From Alistipes sp. (GTDB taxonomy: Bacteria; Bacteroidota; Bacteroidia; Bacteroidales; Rikenellaceae), in contig JAFQCA010000010.1 in assembly GCA_017399485.1 (NCBI GenBank), positions 47,478 through 111,477 on the forward strand: a DNA stretch of 64,000 bases, in the 5' to 3' direction. Under the pieces are notes generated by a model. The model made no database searches and was not told the DNA's origin. It was given only the letters and a program-made list of their open reading frames with translations. A program made the position numbers and the translations under genes. Below, piece by piece: positions 63,134 through 64,000 of the stretch; the stretch's first letter is position 1; the number at the start of each line of letters is the position of its first letter.

Positions 63134-63447
63134 ATTAATAATTGTTTTGTGAGATTACTTCAAGGCTTACTTCAACACCCCTAAACCATTTTGATTTGTG
63201 AGGGTGTTTTGAGGATTGCCACTCTCATTAATAATTGTTTTGTGAGTTTACTTCAAGGCTCACAATACTCTCATCTCATAAACCATTTTGATTTGTGAGG
63301 ATGTTTTGAGGATTGCCACTCTCATTAATAATTGTTTTGTGAGGTTATTTCAAGGCTTGCGAAGTTATCGAAAGCGGAGTTTACTTGTGGTAAATGAGCA
63401 TTTCGAGAACAAGCGTAACGCAGAAAGAACTCACAAGGCAATTATTA
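63134..63447. repeat. Tandem ~93-97 bp hairpin repeats plus a ~122 bp MITE-like element
   Basis: Repeat heads attaataattgttttgtgag at 63134, 63227 and 63324. An inverted head ctcacaaggcaattatta at 63430-63447 matches 63326-63343 at 16/18. Confidence 0.8.
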
Positions 63448-63999
63448 CACATTGAAGAGGAAGTGCATAATGTCACCATCCTGCACCACATACTCCTTAC
63501 CCTCAATACCAATCTTTCCGACATCGCGGCAAGCCTTCTCCGAGCCAAGCACTACATAATCGTCATACTTGATAACCTCGGCACGAATAAATCCTCGCTC
63601 GAAATCGGTATGGATAATACCCGCTGTCTGCGGTGCCTTCATACCCTTCACAAAAGTCCAAGCACGGCTTTCGTCGGCTCCTGTAGTGAAGAATGTCTGC
63701 AAATTAAGCAACTTGTATGCCGCCTTGATTAGACGAGCCACACCCGACTCCTCAAGGCCCATATCCTGCAGGAACATCTGACGCTCTTCGTAATCCTCCA
63801 ACTCGGCAATATCGGCCTCCGTTGCGGCTGCTACAATCAACATCTCGGCATTCTCGTCAGCAATGGCAGCCTTCACGGCCTCCGTATGCGCATTACCACT
63901 TACTGCACTCGCCTCATCAACATTGCAAACATATAGCACAGGTTTGTCGGTCAAGAGATTGAGGTCAGCAACCAACTTACGCTCCTCCTTATCGGTCTC
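63445..63999 (-). CDS. ychF: Redox-regulated ATPase YchF, C-terminal part (5' end outside the window)
   Basis: LLTDKPVLYVCNV, LQTFFTTG, AGIIHTDFERGFIRAE and EGKEYVVQDGDIMHFLFNV. Confidence 0.95.
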   Translation of the reverse strand, partial: ETDKEERKLVADLNLLTDKPVLYVCNVDEASAVSGNAHTEAVKAAIADENAEMLIVAAATEADIAELEDYEERQMFLQDMGLEESGVARLIKAAYKLLNLQTFFTTGADESRAWTFVKGMKAPQTAGIIHTDFERGFIRAEVIKYDDYVVLGSEKACRDVGKIGIEGKEYVVQDGDIMHFLFNV

Positions 64000-64000
64000 G

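Noticed and set aside
63134-63357. Three ~34-bp near-identical segments at regular spacing that look like a CRISPR array
   Set aside because: The intervening sequences are nearly identical to each other rather than unique spacers, and no cas genes are in the window.
523-63781. Numerous short or antisense ORFs in the track (e.g. 3846-4508, 12622-13326, 41016-41795, 57009-57620, 61199-61948)
   Set aside because: They are shadows of well-supported genes on the opposite strand or in another frame, and have no recognisable motifs.

Overview
Bacteroidota chromosome segment. The protein style, upxY and TAnnTTTG promoters suggest an Alistipes/Rikenellaceae-like organism; this is my inference and was not checked. 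Almost all genes are on the minus strand. From left to right: (1) a TonB-like receptor/large TPR pair, OsmC, an RND efflux trio, membrane proteins, GT2, GH43, argS and two DUF5689 lipoproteins (1-16067); (2) a ~32 kb Wzx/Wzy surface-polysaccharide locus led by upxY (16141-48219), with pglF-like, ugd x2, UDP-GlcA epimerase, rml, fnl, wzx, wzy-like, three GTs, a pglC-like initiator, an aminotransferase and a frameshifted IS4; (3) a divergent GT4, tRNA-Arg(UCU), a complete his operon with an unannotated His5 leader peptide and attenuator, then galM, gltX, SIMPL, a MITE-like repeat and the 3' part of ychF. The standout is a tightly packed five-gene module between the pglC-like gene and the aminotransferase (19959-26131). 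It encodes an ATP-grasp ligase, a cobalamin-binding (DxHxxG) non-radical-SAM enzyme, a second ATP-grasp ligase whose likely ATG is put out of frame by a C9 tract, an aldo-keto reductase and an opine dehydrogenase. I read this as a candidate vitamin-B12-dependent, possibly phase-variable pathway that builds an unusual amino-acid/opine substituent and attaches it to the capsule. All family calls come from motif recognition; no database searches were run.
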